Assembly: GCA_041613315.1 (NCBI GenBank)
Contig: JBFJHJ010000001.1
Span: 74,152-138,151, forward strand
DNA from: Gemmatimonadales bacterium
GTDB taxonomy: Bacteria; Gemmatimonadota; Gemmatimonadetes; Gemmatimonadales; GWC2-71-9
Direction of reading: 5' to 3'
Length of the DNA: 64,000 nucleotides
The position numbers were made by a program, and so were the translations under genes. This document shows, piece by piece, positions 50,950 through 59,955 of the stretch (positions within the stretch are counted from its first letter, which is position 1; every line of letters starts with the position of its first letter). Below the pieces are notes generated by a model, which was not told where the DNA came from, ran no database searches, and saw only the letters and a program-made list of their open reading frames with translations.

Positions 50950-53790
50950 ATGGCCGACGACCGCCTCATCGTACGCGGCGCACGCGTCCACAACCTCAAG
51001 GATATCTCCGTCGAGATTCCCCGGAACCGCTTGACGGTGATCACGGGGCTCTCGGGATCCGGGAAATCGTCGCTCGCGTTCGACACGATCTACGCCGAAG
51101 GCCAGCGGCGCTATGTCGAATCGCTGTCGGCCTACGCCCGGCAGTTCCTCGGGCTCATGGAGAAGCCCGATGTCGATGCCATCGAGGGGCTCTCGCCGGC
51201 CATCTCCATCGAGCAGAAGACGGCGGGGCACAACCCGCGCTCGACCGTCGGGACCGTGACCGAGGTCTACGACTACCTCCGCCTCCTCTGGGCCCGGGTC
51301 GGGATCCCCCACTGCCCCAACGACGGCTCGCCCATCGCCCGGCAGACCGCGACCCAGATGGTCGACATCGTCCTCGGCTGGCCGGCGGGAACGAAAATCG
51401 AGGTGTTGGCCCCGCTCGTGCGGGGACGCAAGGGCCAGTTCAAGGACCTCTTCGAGAGCGCGCGCCGGCAGGGGTTCGTTCGAGTGCGGGTGGACGGCGA
51501 GATTCACGACCTGGCGAGCCCGCCTAAGCTGAGCCGACGAGTCAACCATGACATCGCGCTGGTGGTCGACCGTCTCGTCGTGCGGGAGGCCGACCGTCGC
51601 CGCGTCACGGATTCGCTGGAGACCGCGCTCCGTGCCGCGGAAGGATTGGTCGAGATCGTACGCCACGAGCCCGAGCCGACGTCCGCCGTGTTCTCCGAAC
51701 GTTTCGCCTGCCCGGCGTGCGGGTACTCGCTTCCCGAGCTCGAGCCGCGACAGTTCTCGTTCAACTCGCCGTACGGTGCGTGTCCCGACTGCGGTGGCCT
51801 GGGGGTCCGGCAGGAAGTCAGCGCCGAGTTGGTGCTGGGGGATCCGCGGATCTCGATCCCCGAAGGCGTCGTCCTCCCGTGGGGAGAGCCCAAAGGGTAC
51901 CTCCGGCACATCGTGCTACCGACGCTCGCCACCGAGCTGGGCTTCGACCCGTCACAGCCCTGGGGTACGCTGCCGGCGCGCGTGCAGCGAGCGCTGCTCC
52001 ACGGGGTGCCCGACCGCACCTTCAGCTTCCGTGCGAGCAGCGGCCGGTCGGGGCAATACGACGTGCGGTGGGAAGGGATCCTCGCCAACGTCCAGCGGCG
52101 TTACGCGGACGCGGGATCGGACGCCATCCGCACGCAGCTCGCCGAGTACATGCAGGAGGTGGCGTGCGAGACCTGCGGCGGCCATCGGTTGCGGCGCGAC
52201 AGCCTGAGCGTGCTCGTGCACGAATGCTCCATCGGCGAGGTCGTGGACCTCTCGGTGCGGGAAGCGTTGGTCTTCTTCGAGTCCGTCCCGGTGGGCTCCA
52301 ACGGGCAGCGCGGGCTGGACCCGGAGATCGCGGGACCGATTCTCAAGGAAGTGACCGACCGCCTGCGCTTTCTGTGCGATGTGGGGCTGGAGTACCTGAC
52401 GTTGGGTCGGGCCGCCGCGTCGCTGTCGGGCGGCGAGGCGCAGCGGATCCGGCTCGCGACCCAGATCGGTAGCCGCCTCGTGGGCGTCCTATACGTGCTC
52501 GACGAGCCCTCGGTCGGGCTCCACCCGCGCGACAACGCGCGACTGCTCGCCACGCTCCGCGGCCTTCGGGACCTGGGCAACACCGTGATCGTGGTGGAGC
52601 ACGACGAAGCCACGATTCGGACGGCCGATCACGTCATCGACTTGGGGCCGCGCGCCGGCCGGGACGGCGGACACGTGGTGGCCCAGGGACCGGTGCAGGC
52701 GATCGTCGGCCACGAGCACTCGCTCACCGGCCGCTACCTGCGCGGTGATCTCCGGATTCCCGTTCCGTCGGCCCGGCGCCGGGTCGACGGAGATCGCATC
52801 ATCCGCGTCGTCGGGGCGCGCCAGCATAACCTCCAGCACCTCGACGTGCGGTTTCCGCTGGGCGCGTTTGTAGCCGTCACCGGCGTCTCCGGCTCCGGCA
52901 AGTCCACGCTCGTGACCGACATTCTCTACCGCGCCCTGGCCCGGCACTTCTATCGGGCGAAACTGCTCCCGGGCGCGCACGACCGGATCGAGGGGATCGA
53001 CGAGATCGACAAGGTGCTGGACATCGATCAGAGCCCCATCGGGCGCACGCCGCGCTCCAACCCCGCCACCTATACGGGCCTGTTCACGCCCATCCGCGAG
53101 CTCTACGCGCAGCTTCCGGAGTCGAAGCTGCGCGGGTACGGCCCGGGGCGCTTCTCGTTCAACGTGAAGGGCGGGCGGTGCGAGGCGTGCCAGGGCGACG
53201 GGCTCGTCAAGATCGAGATGCACTTCCTGCCCGATGTCTACGTGCCGTGCGACGTCTGCAAGGGGCGGCGGTACAATCGCGAGACGCTCGAGGTGCGCTA
53301 CAAGGGGAAGTCCATCGCGGACGTCCTCGAGATGACCGTGGCCGACGCGCTGGAGTTCTTCGACCAGCAGCCCCGCATCCGCAACCGGCTGGAACTCCTG
53401 AATGACGTCGGGTTGGGGTACATCCATCTGGGCCAGAGCGCGACGACGCTGTCGGGCGGCGAGGCCCAGCGCGTGAAGCTCGCCACCGAACTGTCGAAAC
53501 GGGACACGGGCCGCACGCTGTACATCCTGGACGAGCCCACGACGGGCCTGCACTTCGAGGACGTGCGGCTCCTGCTCACGGTGCTCCACCGCCTCGTGGA
53601 CAAGGGCAACACCGTGATCGTGATCGAGCACAACCTCGATGTGGTAAAGACGGCCGACTGGGTCGTGGATTTGGGTCCGGAGGGTGGTGCCGCCGGGGGC
53701 CGGGTGGTCGCGGAGGGCCCACCGGAGGCCCTCGTCTCGGTCACCGCGTCGTTCACCGGACGCTACCTGCGCCCGTTGCTGAGCGACTGA
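50950..53790 (+). CDS. uvrA: excinuclease ABC subunit A
   Basis: [28 protein letters not shown], two LSGGEAQR, zinc fingers, [11 protein letters not shown]. Confidence 0.98.
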   Translation: MADDRLIVRGARVHNLKDISVEIPRNRLTVITGLSGSGKSSLAFDTIYAEGQRRYVESLSAYARQFLGLMEKPDVDAIEGLSPAISIEQKTAGHNPRSTVGTVTEVYDYLRLLWARVGIPHCPNDGSPIARQTATQMVDIVLGWPAGTKIEVLAPLVRGRKGQFKDLFESARRQGFVRVRVDGEIHDLASPPKLSRRVNHDIALVVDRLVVREADRRRVTDSLETALRAAEGLVEIVRHEPEPTSAVFSERFACPACGYSLPELEPRQFSFNSPYGACPDCGGLGVRQEVSAELVLGDPRISIPEGVVLPWGEPKGYLRHIVLPTLATELGFDPSQPWGTLPARVQRALLHGVPDRTFSFRASSGRSGQYDVRWEGILANVQRRYADAGSDAIRTQLAEYMQEVACETCGGHRLRRDSLSVLVHECSIGEVVDLSVREALVFFESVPVGSNGQRGLDPEIAGPILKEVTDRLRFLCDVGLEYLTLGRAAASLSGGEAQRIRLATQIGSRLVGVLYVLDEPSVGLHPRDNARLLATLRGLRDLGNTVIVVEHDEATIRTADHVIDLGPRAGRDGGHVVAQGPVQAIVGHEHSLTGRYLRGDLRIPVPSARRRVDGDRIIRVVGARQHNLQHLDVRFPLGAFVAVTGVSGSGKSTLVTDILYRALARHFYRAKLLPGAHDRIEGIDEIDKVLDIDQSPIGRTPRSNPATYTGLFTPIRELYAQLPESKLRGYGPGRFSFNVKGGRCEACQGDGLVKIEMHFLPDVYVPCDVCKGRRYNRETLEVRYKGKSIADVLEMTVADALEFFDQQPRIRNRLELLNDVGLGYIHLGQSATTLSGGEAQRVKLATELSKRDTGRTLYILDEPTTGLHFEDVRLLLTVLHRLVDKGNTVIVIEHNLDVVKTADWVVDLGPEGGAAGGRVVAEGPPEALVSVTASFTGRYLRPLLSD

Positions 53791-53885
53791 GCCGCCGGGC
53801 CGCGCGCCCCGCGGCTTTACAACCGGAGCACGGTGACACTTCTTGAAACAGTCCCCCGTACGGAGGTCGGGACAGGAGGGCAGGG

Positions 53886-54152
53886 ATGGATCCGCTCGAT
53901 CTTGGTCTAGGGATTGCCATGGTCGTCGGTTCGACCGGGCTGGTGGCCGTGGGCGTGATGTTTGCGCGGGCGGTCATGCGCAAGTGGGCGCGACCGGCTG
54001 CCGCGATCGGGTCGGCCGAGGTCCAGGAGTTACGCCGCGCCGTGAGCGAGCTGGCCGCGGACGTGGCGGAGCTCCACGAGCGCGTGGACTTCGCGGAGCG
54101 GATGCTCACGAGCCGGCAGGACCTCCCGCAACTCGAGGAACGCAGCTCATGA
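53886..54152 (+). CDS. array paralog 1: small TM plus coiled-coil protein (PspB-like architecture)
   Basis: 88 aa; AGGAGG SD; N-terminal TM; motif ELHERVDFAERML. Confidence 0.8.
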   Translation: MDPLDLGLGIAMVVGSTGLVAVGVMFARAVMRKWARPAAAIGSAEVQELRRAVSELAADVAELHERVDFAERMLTSRQDLPQLEERSS

Positions 54153-54418
54153 TCATGAGCCTGGGCCCTTTTCTCGTGCCCATCATGCTGTTTGTGGTGA
54201 TCGGCCTCGTGGCGGTGCTACGCGGCCCGATCGGCAAGGCCTTCGCCGACCGGATCGCGGGCCGGTCGACGTCGGGCACCGAATGGAGGGAGACCGAGGC
54301 GCTCCGCGGCGAGGTCGAGGAGCTCCGTCTGCGGATGACCGAGTTGGAAGAGCGGCTCGATTTCGCCGAGCGGATGCTGGCCCGAGCGCGCGAGCCGGAG
54401 CGGTTGCCGGAAGGCTGA
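54149..54418 (+). CDS. array paralog 2: small TM plus coiled-coil protein
   Basis: 89 aa; ATGA overlap with paralog 1; LRGPIGKAFADRI; ELEERLDFAERML. Confidence 0.8.
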   Translation: MIMSLGPFLVPIMLFVVIGLVAVLRGPIGKAFADRIAGRSTSGTEWRETEALRGEVEELRLRMTELEERLDFAERMLARAREPERLPEG

Positions 54419-54422
54419 GTCC

Positions 54423-54680
54423 ATGGAGATCCTGATCCCCATCGTGCTGTTCGTGAGCGTTGCGGCGACCGTGATTTTGCGGGGGCCCATCGGGAAGGCG
54501 ATGGGGGAACGCATCGCTGGGCGTGGTGGAGACGAGGCGGCCGGGCGCGGACAGATCGCAGCGCTCCAGGCGGCGATGGAGGACGTCCACCACCGCGTGG
54601 CGGAGCTGGAGGAGCGCGTGGACTTCACCGAGCGGGTGCTCGCGCGGGCGCGCGGGGCCGACCGGCTTCCCGAGCCCTAA
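54423..54680 (+). CDS. array paralog 3: small TM plus coiled-coil protein
   Basis: 85 aa; LRGPIGKAMGERI; ELEERVDFTERVL. Confidence 0.8.
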   Translation: MEILIPIVLFVSVAATVILRGPIGKAMGERIAGRGGDEAAGRGQIAALQAAMEDVHHRVAELEERVDFTERVLARARGADRLPEP

Positions 54681-54683
54681 ACC

Positions 54684-54983
54684 GTGCCCAGCTGGGTCTG
54701 GATCCAGAACGTGGTGCTCCCCATCCTGGGCATGGGGCTTGGCGGGCTGTTCATGTTCGGTGTGTACCGCACCGTCAACCGCTGGATCGATCGGCGACAC
54801 GAACGCGAGATGGCCGCGCGGGGCCAGTTCCCGACGCCGGCGCTGGAGCGGCTGCAGCAACGCGTCGAGGCGCTGGAGGACGTCGCGTACCGTGTGCAAG
54901 AGCTCGAGGAACGGGTAGACTTCGCCGAGCGCGTCCTGGCCCGCGGGCGCGGCGCCGAACGGCTCGAGCGTCCACCGAGCTAG
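54684..54983 (+). CDS. array paralog 4: small TM plus coiled-coil protein
   Basis: 99 aa; VVLPILGMGLGG...RTVNRWIDRR; ELEERVDFAERVL. Confidence 0.8.
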   Translation: MPSWVWIQNVVLPILGMGLGGLFMFGVYRTVNRWIDRRHEREMAARGQFPTPALERLQQRVEALEDVAYRVQELEERVDFAERVLARGRGAERLERPPS

Positions 54984-54997
54984 CGAGGGCACGGCGC

Positions 54998-55276
54998 ATG
55001 GACGCGGGCATCGTTGTGCCGATTGCTGGCATGGTCACGGGCATCATCCTGGGGCTCCCGCTGGTGCGGGTGGCGGTCCGCTACCTGGAGGAGCGCGTGT
55101 TGCGGAGTGGATCGGAGGGTGCGGCGGAGCGGCGCGGCATCGACGAGCTGCGGGCGCGCCTCGAAGTCGTGGAGACCATGCGGGACCGACTCACCGATGT
55201 CGAGGAACGGCTGGACTTCGCCGAGCGGATGCTCGCGAGAAGCCGCGACCGTACGGAACTTCCTCCGGCGAGGTAG
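54998..55276 (+). CDS. array paralog 5: small TM plus coiled-coil protein
   Basis: 92 aa; N-terminal TM; DVEERLDFAERML. Confidence 0.8.
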   Translation: MDAGIVVPIAGMVTGIILGLPLVRVAVRYLEERVLRSGSEGAAERRGIDELRARLEVVETMRDRLTDVEERLDFAERMLARSRDRTELPPAR

Positions 55277-55278
55277 CC

Positions 55279-55608
55279 GTGCAGACACCACCGCTGCCAC
55301 CCCTGCCGCCGACGCCGCCTGGTGTGCTGATCGAGGACGTCGTCCTGCCGATCCTGGGGATGGTGCTCGGGGGCTTCATCATTTGGCAGCTCTTCCGGAC
55401 GATCAACCGATGGCTGGACCGCCGCGCGGGCGGCGCGCCGGATGACGTGCGCGCGCTCCGGGCCGATGTCGAGCGGCTTCGGGCGCAGACCGACGGCGTG
55501 GAGGAGCTCCGGCACCGGGTGGGCGAGTTGGAGGAGCGCGTCGATTTCACCGAGCGAGTGCTCTCGCGGCAGCGGGAGCGCAATCCGCTGGGACCAGGAG
55601 GTGCGTAG
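55279..55608 (+). CDS. array paralog 6: small TM plus coiled-coil protein
   Basis: 109 aa; Pro-rich N-terminus; VVLPILGMVLGG...RTINRWLDRR; ELEERVDFTERVL. Confidence 0.8.
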   Translation: MQTPPLPPLPPTPPGVLIEDVVLPILGMVLGGFIIWQLFRTINRWLDRRAGGAPDDVRALRADVERLRAQTDGVEELRHRVGELEERVDFTERVLSRQRERNPLGPGGA

Positions 55609-55884
55609 GTGCCGTCGGACTGGGTGCTCGTGCTGATCATCGCGGGGACGTTCTCCGTGCTCTCCGGCGTGGCTTGGGGGGTGCTGGGAACCGTGAAGTG
55701 GTACCTCCGCGAGCGCGTGCGCCTGCAGGAGCGGCTGGCGCAGCTCGGGTCGGCGGAAGCCACCCCGCGGATTCAGGCGCTGGAGGATCGTGTGGCCGAG
55801 CTCGAGGAGCGGCTGGACTATGCGGAGCGTCTCCTCGCGCCCGCCCGGACGCACGGGCCGCTGGCACCCGGCCGAGAGGGATGA
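55609..55884 (+). CDS. array paralog 7: small TM plus coiled-coil protein
   Basis: 91 aa; AGGAGG inside the upstream gene end; ELEERLDYAERLL. Confidence 0.8.
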   Translation: MPSDWVLVLIIAGTFSVLSGVAWGVLGTVKWYLRERVRLQERLAQLGSAEATPRIQALEDRVAELEERLDYAERLLAPARTHGPLAPGREG

Positions 55885-55887
55885 GCG

Positions 55888-56172
55888 GTGGAAGGACCGG
55901 AACTCATCGTCATTCTCGCGACCATCGGCTCGGTCACCGCACTGGGGTTCGCGTTCTTCCGGGCTCTTGGGAGGTACTGGGAGCGGAAGGGCCAGACGGG
56001 CGGCTCCAGCCCGGAGGTGCGGGCGCTGGCCGGCCGGCTCGAGGGCGTCGAGCTCGAGCTGGCCGCGCTCCGGGACGCGGACACACGGCTGCAGGACCTC
56101 GAGGAGCGACTCGACTTCGCGGAGCGCGTGCTGGCCCGTCACAAGTCACCGCCGCTCCCGGGCGACGTGTAG
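55888..56172 (+). CDS. array paralog 8: small TM plus coiled-coil protein
   Basis: 94 aa; N-terminal TM; DLEERLDFAERVL. Confidence 0.8.
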   Translation: MEGPELIVILATIGSVTALGFAFFRALGRYWERKGQTGGSSPEVRALAGRLEGVELELAALRDADTRLQDLEERLDFAERVLARHKSPPLPGDV

Positions 56173-56174
56173 CG

Positions 56175-56468
56175 GTGGCAGACATTCTCGCGATCACGTT
56201 CATTTTCGGGGGAGGATCGCTGTTCCTTCTGGCGATTTCCCCGGTGGGCCGCGCCATCGCCGAGCGGATCCGGCGACGGGGCGACGGCAGCGCCCGGGAG
56301 GCCGTGGACAAGCTGCGGGAGTCGCAGGCGGCGATCGTTGAGGAGCTGGACGCGCTGCGCCAGGAGCTCACGGAGGTGCAGGAGCGGCTCGACTTCACCG
56401 AGCGGCTCTTGGTGCGACACCGCGAGATCGGCGAGCTGCCCTCGAAGGCGGGAGACTCGGCACCGTAA
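56175..56468 (+). CDS. array paralog 9: small TM plus coiled-coil protein
   Basis: 97 aa from GTG; ISPVGRAIAERI; EVQERLDFTERLL. Confidence 0.8.
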   Translation: MADILAITFIFGGGSLFLLAISPVGRAIAERIRRRGDGSAREAVDKLRESQAAIVEELDALRQELTEVQERLDFTERLLVRHREIGELPSKAGDSAP

Positions 56469-56602
56469 CGCGCGTTCCCCGGTGAAACGCTCGGCCCGCG
56501 TTCGCCGTAGGGTTGGGTGCCCCCGCCGGGCCGCCACCGGCTCGGCGGTCGAAGTGGCGCAGGTGCCGACGACCCTTCATCTTATCGTCAGGAGGGCAAG
56601 TG

Positions 56603-56881
56603 ATGGGTGGACTGTTCACGGCGCTCGCGCTCGTCATCGTGGCCTATTGGTTCCTCCGCTCACCGCTGTGCGGAGCGATCTGCGACTCCATCCGGGCGCA
56701 GGCGGGCGGCGGGGCGGATCCCCGCGCCTTGGACCGGCTCGAGGAGACGGTGGAGCGGTTGGCGGACGAGCTGAGCGGGCTGCGGGCGGACGTCGTCGAG
56801 CTGGCCGACCGGGTGGACTTCTCGGAACGGATGCTGGTCGAACTCCGGGAGCGCCACGCGCTCCCGGCGCATCGGGCGTGA
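56603..56881 (+). CDS. array paralog 10: small TM plus coiled-coil protein
   Basis: 92 aa; AGGAGG SD; LRSPLCGAICDSI; ELADRVDFSERML. Confidence 0.78.
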   Translation: MGGLFTALALVIVAYWFLRSPLCGAICDSIRAQAGGGADPRALDRLEETVERLADELSGLRADVVELADRVDFSERMLVELRERHALPAHRA

Positions 56882-56963
56882 GTGGTGGCCTTTATTTGCA
56901 TCATGGTAGCGCGCGGGCCGGTGGGAGCGGCTGGCGCGGCGTACCGGAAGGGGTAACACCGAG

Positions 56964-57731
56964 ATGGGCATCTTTCAGCGTCTCGCCACGGTGATCAAAG
57001 CACAGATCAACGCCCTGATCGGGCGGGCGGAGGACCCGGCCAAGGTCCTCGATCAGCTGCTCATCGACATGCGGGGCCAGTTGGCGAAGACCAAGCAGGA
57101 GGTCGCCTCGGCCATCGCGGACGAGAAGAAGCTCCAGGCGCAGGTCGAGAAAGAGAAGAAGTCGGCCGAGGAGTGGGAGCGCCGGGCGATGCTCGCCGTC
57201 CAGGAGAACCGGGACGACCTGGCGAAGCAGGCGCTGGTGCGACACAACGAACACCTTCAGCACGCCCAGCAGCTCCACGAGACGTGGATCCGTCACAAAG
57301 GGGACGTGGAGGCGCTCAAGAACTCGCTCCGGGAGCTGAACGATAAGATCGAAGATGCGAAGCGCAAGAAGAACCTCCTCGTCGCCCGGCAGCGGCGCGC
57401 CGAGGCCCAGAGCCGGATCCAGGAAACGATGTCCTCGATGTCGAACCAGAGCGCGTTCGAGAGCTTCCGTCGGATGGAGGAGCGGATCGAGGATATGGAG
57501 CGGCAGGCGCTGGCGGCGGCCGAGCTGGCCGGCGAGTTGGAGGGCGATACGCTCGACCGGCAGTTCGAGCAGCTGGAGTACCGGGGCAACGCCGAGCAAC
57601 AGCTCCTGGCGCTCAAGGAGAAGATGGGCATGCTCCCCGCGGGCGAGGCGCCCGAGCGCCGGCAGCTGGCGGGCGGCGACACCGAAGACGTAGCGGAAGC
57701 GGAGGTCGTGGAAGAAGAAGACAAGGACTGA
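56964..57731 (+). CDS. pspA: PspA/IM30 family protein (bacterial ESCRT-III-like)
   Basis: MGIFQRL..VIKA.IN.LI..AEDP.K.L.Q...DM amphipathic N-terminus, W..RA.LA....DDLA..AL, F.RMEE.I...E; all coiled-coil. Confidence 0.93.
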   Translation: MGIFQRLATVIKAQINALIGRAEDPAKVLDQLLIDMRGQLAKTKQEVASAIADEKKLQAQVEKEKKSAEEWERRAMLAVQENRDDLAKQALVRHNEHLQHAQQLHETWIRHKGDVEALKNSLRELNDKIEDAKRKKNLLVARQRRAEAQSRIQETMSSMSNQSAFESFRRMEERIEDMERQALAAAELAGELEGDTLDRQFEQLEYRGNAEQQLLALKEKMGMLPAGEAPERRQLAGGDTEDVAEAEVVEEEDKD

Positions 57732-57754
57732 GCCCCGCTCGGCAGCAGCGGCGG

Positions 57755-57788
57755 AAGGCCCCCCGGCACGAGCTGTGGGGGCCTTTTT
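57755..57788 (+). terminator. intrinsic terminator after pspA
   Basis: Stem AAGGCCCCC / GGGGGCCTT followed by TTT, about 24 nt after the pspA stop. Confidence 0.75.
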
Positions 57789-58017
57789 GCGTGCGGCGTC
57801 CCGGGAGCGCCGACCGTCCCACCGTCGTGGACGGATCACCTCCGGGCAGCCGCGGCCCGACGTCACCCGCGGCGTTCTGGCCGCAATATCGGGCGCCGTC
57901 CCCGCGACGAATCGGTGACGGCGTCGTGGCCCGTCGGCGCTATCGTGTGCCACGTTCCAACTGGGACGACCGTCCGATCGGCCTCCAACGCCACGCCAAG
58001 CGTGGAGGAGGACGACC

Positions 58018-58233
58018 ATGCGACGACTGATCACAACCGCACTGCTGGCGGGCGCGGTGGGGCTGCTTCCCAACCCGACGCCGGCCGACGCGACGACAAC
58101 TGCCGTGGGATGCCTCGAAGAGGCGATCGACTCATGCGACGACGACTTCGGTGGCGGCAGCTTTTACATCGTGGCCATTCGGGGGTACTGCTACATGATC
58201 CGCGCGGGATGGTGCGCCGCGTTCGATTCGTAG
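58018..58233 (+). CDS. small secreted Cys-rich peptide (twin CX7C)
   Basis: Strong SD GGAGGAGG; 25-aa signal ending ADA; mature 46 aa with C-X7-C-X17-C-X7-C. Confidence 0.7.
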   Translation: MRRLITTALLAGAVGLLPNPTPADATTTAVGCLEEAIDSCDDDFGGGSFYIVAIRGYCYMIRAGWCAAFDS

Positions 58234-58303
58234 ACGGCTCTCTCTACCATATGGCCGACCGGACGGCGGCGGGGAGCCCTGGGCTCCCCGCCGGCCCCCC
58301 CTA

Positions 58304-59035
58304 ATGGGCGCGGGCCCGCTCGCCTTTCGCGGCGAGGTCGTGCTGGGCATGCTCTTGGTGACGCGGCACCGAGCCGTCCGCCTGGCCGGGGTGCTGGCCG
58401 TGGTGGTCGTCGGGCTCGCCCTCCTGGCAGGTGACGACGGTGGCGCGGTGGCGCGGCGGCAGGCCGTGTTCGCGGCGGGCGGCTCGCTGGCGGCCGTCGC
58501 CGCCTCCCGGTTGCTCGCGCCCGGAGCGGCGCTCGCGGCGGGCCGACAGACCGGCGGTCCGTGGTGGCGGGCGCCGGTGGGCCGCCTCACGGGAGCGTGG
58601 CTCGTGGTCGCGCCGCCCGTCGCTGCGGCCGCGGTCTTATTGGTGGGGAGCGTCGCGGGTTCGTGGGCCGCCGGGCGCACCGCGGCTGTGGCCGCACTCC
58701 ACGTGGGCGCGGTGGGGGCGCTCGTGCTGGCCGTGGCACCCCTCGCCGGTGCCAGCGCCGCCGCCGCGGTCGGCTTGGCCGTCGCGTGGCTCGGGGGAGT
58801 CCCCCCGTCTGTGATGGGCGCCGCCCTCGACGCGTGGCCCTATCTGCGGCGCCCGGTCGTGTTGGCATGGAATACGCTGCCGCTCGATTGGCGCGCCGGC
58901 CGCTGGCTCAGGGCCAGTACGGTTGAAGACCTCGCCGTGCTCGCCGGCTGGATCGCGCTGGGCTGCATCGTGGCCGCGTGGGCCGCCGCCCGAGCCTACC
59001 GTCGCCCCGACCCCCCGAACGGCAGTGAGCCATGA
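58304..59035 (+). CDS. multi-TM membrane protein, possible ABC-2-type permease
   Basis: Very hydrophobic, about 6 TM; ATGA overlap with the ABC ATPase. Confidence 0.6.
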   Translation: MGAGPLAFRGEVVLGMLLVTRHRAVRLAGVLAVVVVGLALLAGDDGGAVARRQAVFAAGGSLAAVAASRLLAPGAALAAGRQTGGPWWRAPVGRLTGAWLVVAPPVAAAAVLLVGSVAGSWAAGRTAAVAALHVGAVGALVLAVAPLAGASAAAAVGLAVAWLGGVPPSVMGAALDAWPYLRRPVVLAWNTLPLDWRAGRWLRASTVEDLAVLAGWIALGCIVAAWAAARAYRRPDPPNGSEP

Positions 59036-59955
59036 GCCTGGTCGTGGCTGAAGCGATCACCAAGGTCTTCGGCGCTCGCCGGCGGCGCCGAGCCGTGGTG
59101 GACGCCTGCACGTTTCGTCTGGAGCCCGGTGAAATCATGGGGATCGTGGGGCCGAACGGGGCGGGCAAGACGACGCTGCTTCGGCTCGTGGCCGGTGAAC
59201 TGCCGCTGACGACGGGAACGCTCGCGGTGGCAGGCCACCGCGCGGGCACCCGACGCGCGCGGCGCGCCGTGGGCTACGCCGCCGATCCGCCCATTGCCCC
59301 ACCGGAACTCACGGGCACCGAGTGGCTGGCCTACCTGGCGAGCCAGCGAGCGAGGTCCTCGGGGGAGCGCGCCCGGTTGGTCCGCTCGGCGGTCGAGGTC
59401 GGCGAGACGGCGTCCTTCACGGCCCGGCGCATTGCCACGTACTCACGTGGCATGGCGCAACGCCTGGGGCTCGCCGCCGCGTGCGTGCGCAACCCCGCCG
59501 TGCTCGTGTTGGACGAGGTCCTAAGCGGCGTGGATCCGCTGGTCCATCGCCGACTGCGGCAGCAGATCGCCAGCCATGCCCGTGCCGGCGTGGGGGTGCT
59601 GATCGCGTCCCACGACCTGGCCGCGATCGAGCGATTGGCGACGCGCGTCGTGCTCCTGTGGGATGGCCGCATCGTGGCGGACGTGCGTGCGGCCGCCCTG
59701 CTCGCGGAGCGGGTGGTCGAGCTGTCCCTCGCCGGCTCGGCGCTGGCGGACGCCGAACGCTTCGTCGCCCGCTACCCCGGCGCCACGCGCACCGGGCAAG
59801 GCGTGGCCGTTCCCCTCACCGGGGGGCTCAGTGCCGAGGCGGTCCTGGCCGCGTGCCGGGACGCGCGCCTCGCGGTGGCGGCCTCCCGCGTGCGGTATCG
59901 AGCGCTCGAAGACCTGCTGCTGGCGGCAGCCCGGGAGCGCGGGGAGCCGACGTGA
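59032..59955 (+). CDS. ABC transporter ATP-binding protein (exporter type)
   Basis: GPNGAGKTT, YSRGMAQRL, VLDEVLSGVDP, ASHDL, C-terminal LEDL. Confidence 0.88.
   Translation: MSLVVAEAITKVFGARRRRRAVVDACTFRLEPGEIMGIVGPNGAGKTTLLRLVAGELPLTTGTLAVAGHRAGTRRARRAVGYAADPPIAPPELTGTEWLAYLASQRARSSGERARLVRSAVEVGETASFTARRIATYSRGMAQRLGLAAACVRNPAVLVLDEVLSGVDPLVHRRLRQQIASHARAGVGVLIASHDLAAIERLATRVVLLWDGRIVADVRAAALLAERVVELSLAGSALADAERFVARYPGATRTGQGVAVPLTGGLSAEAVLAACRDARLAVAASRVRYRALEDLLLAAARERGEPT

Noticed and set aside
54060..56835. Roughly 45-nt degenerate repeat (GAGCTGGAGGAGCGCGTGGACTTCGCCGAGCGG-like) recurring about every 270-400 nt, superficially CRISPR- or cassette-like
   Set aside because: Copies differ mainly at synonymous positions, lie in-frame inside ORFs, are not palindromic, and spacing is gene-sized. 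No cas or integron integrase is present. It is the coding footprint of the conserved protein motif.
56886..56900. TGGCCTTTATTTGCA upstream of pspA resembling a sigma54 promoter (E. coli pspA is sigma54-dependent)
   Set aside because: Only 9 nt lie between GG and GC instead of the strict 10, and there is no pspF-like activator in the window.
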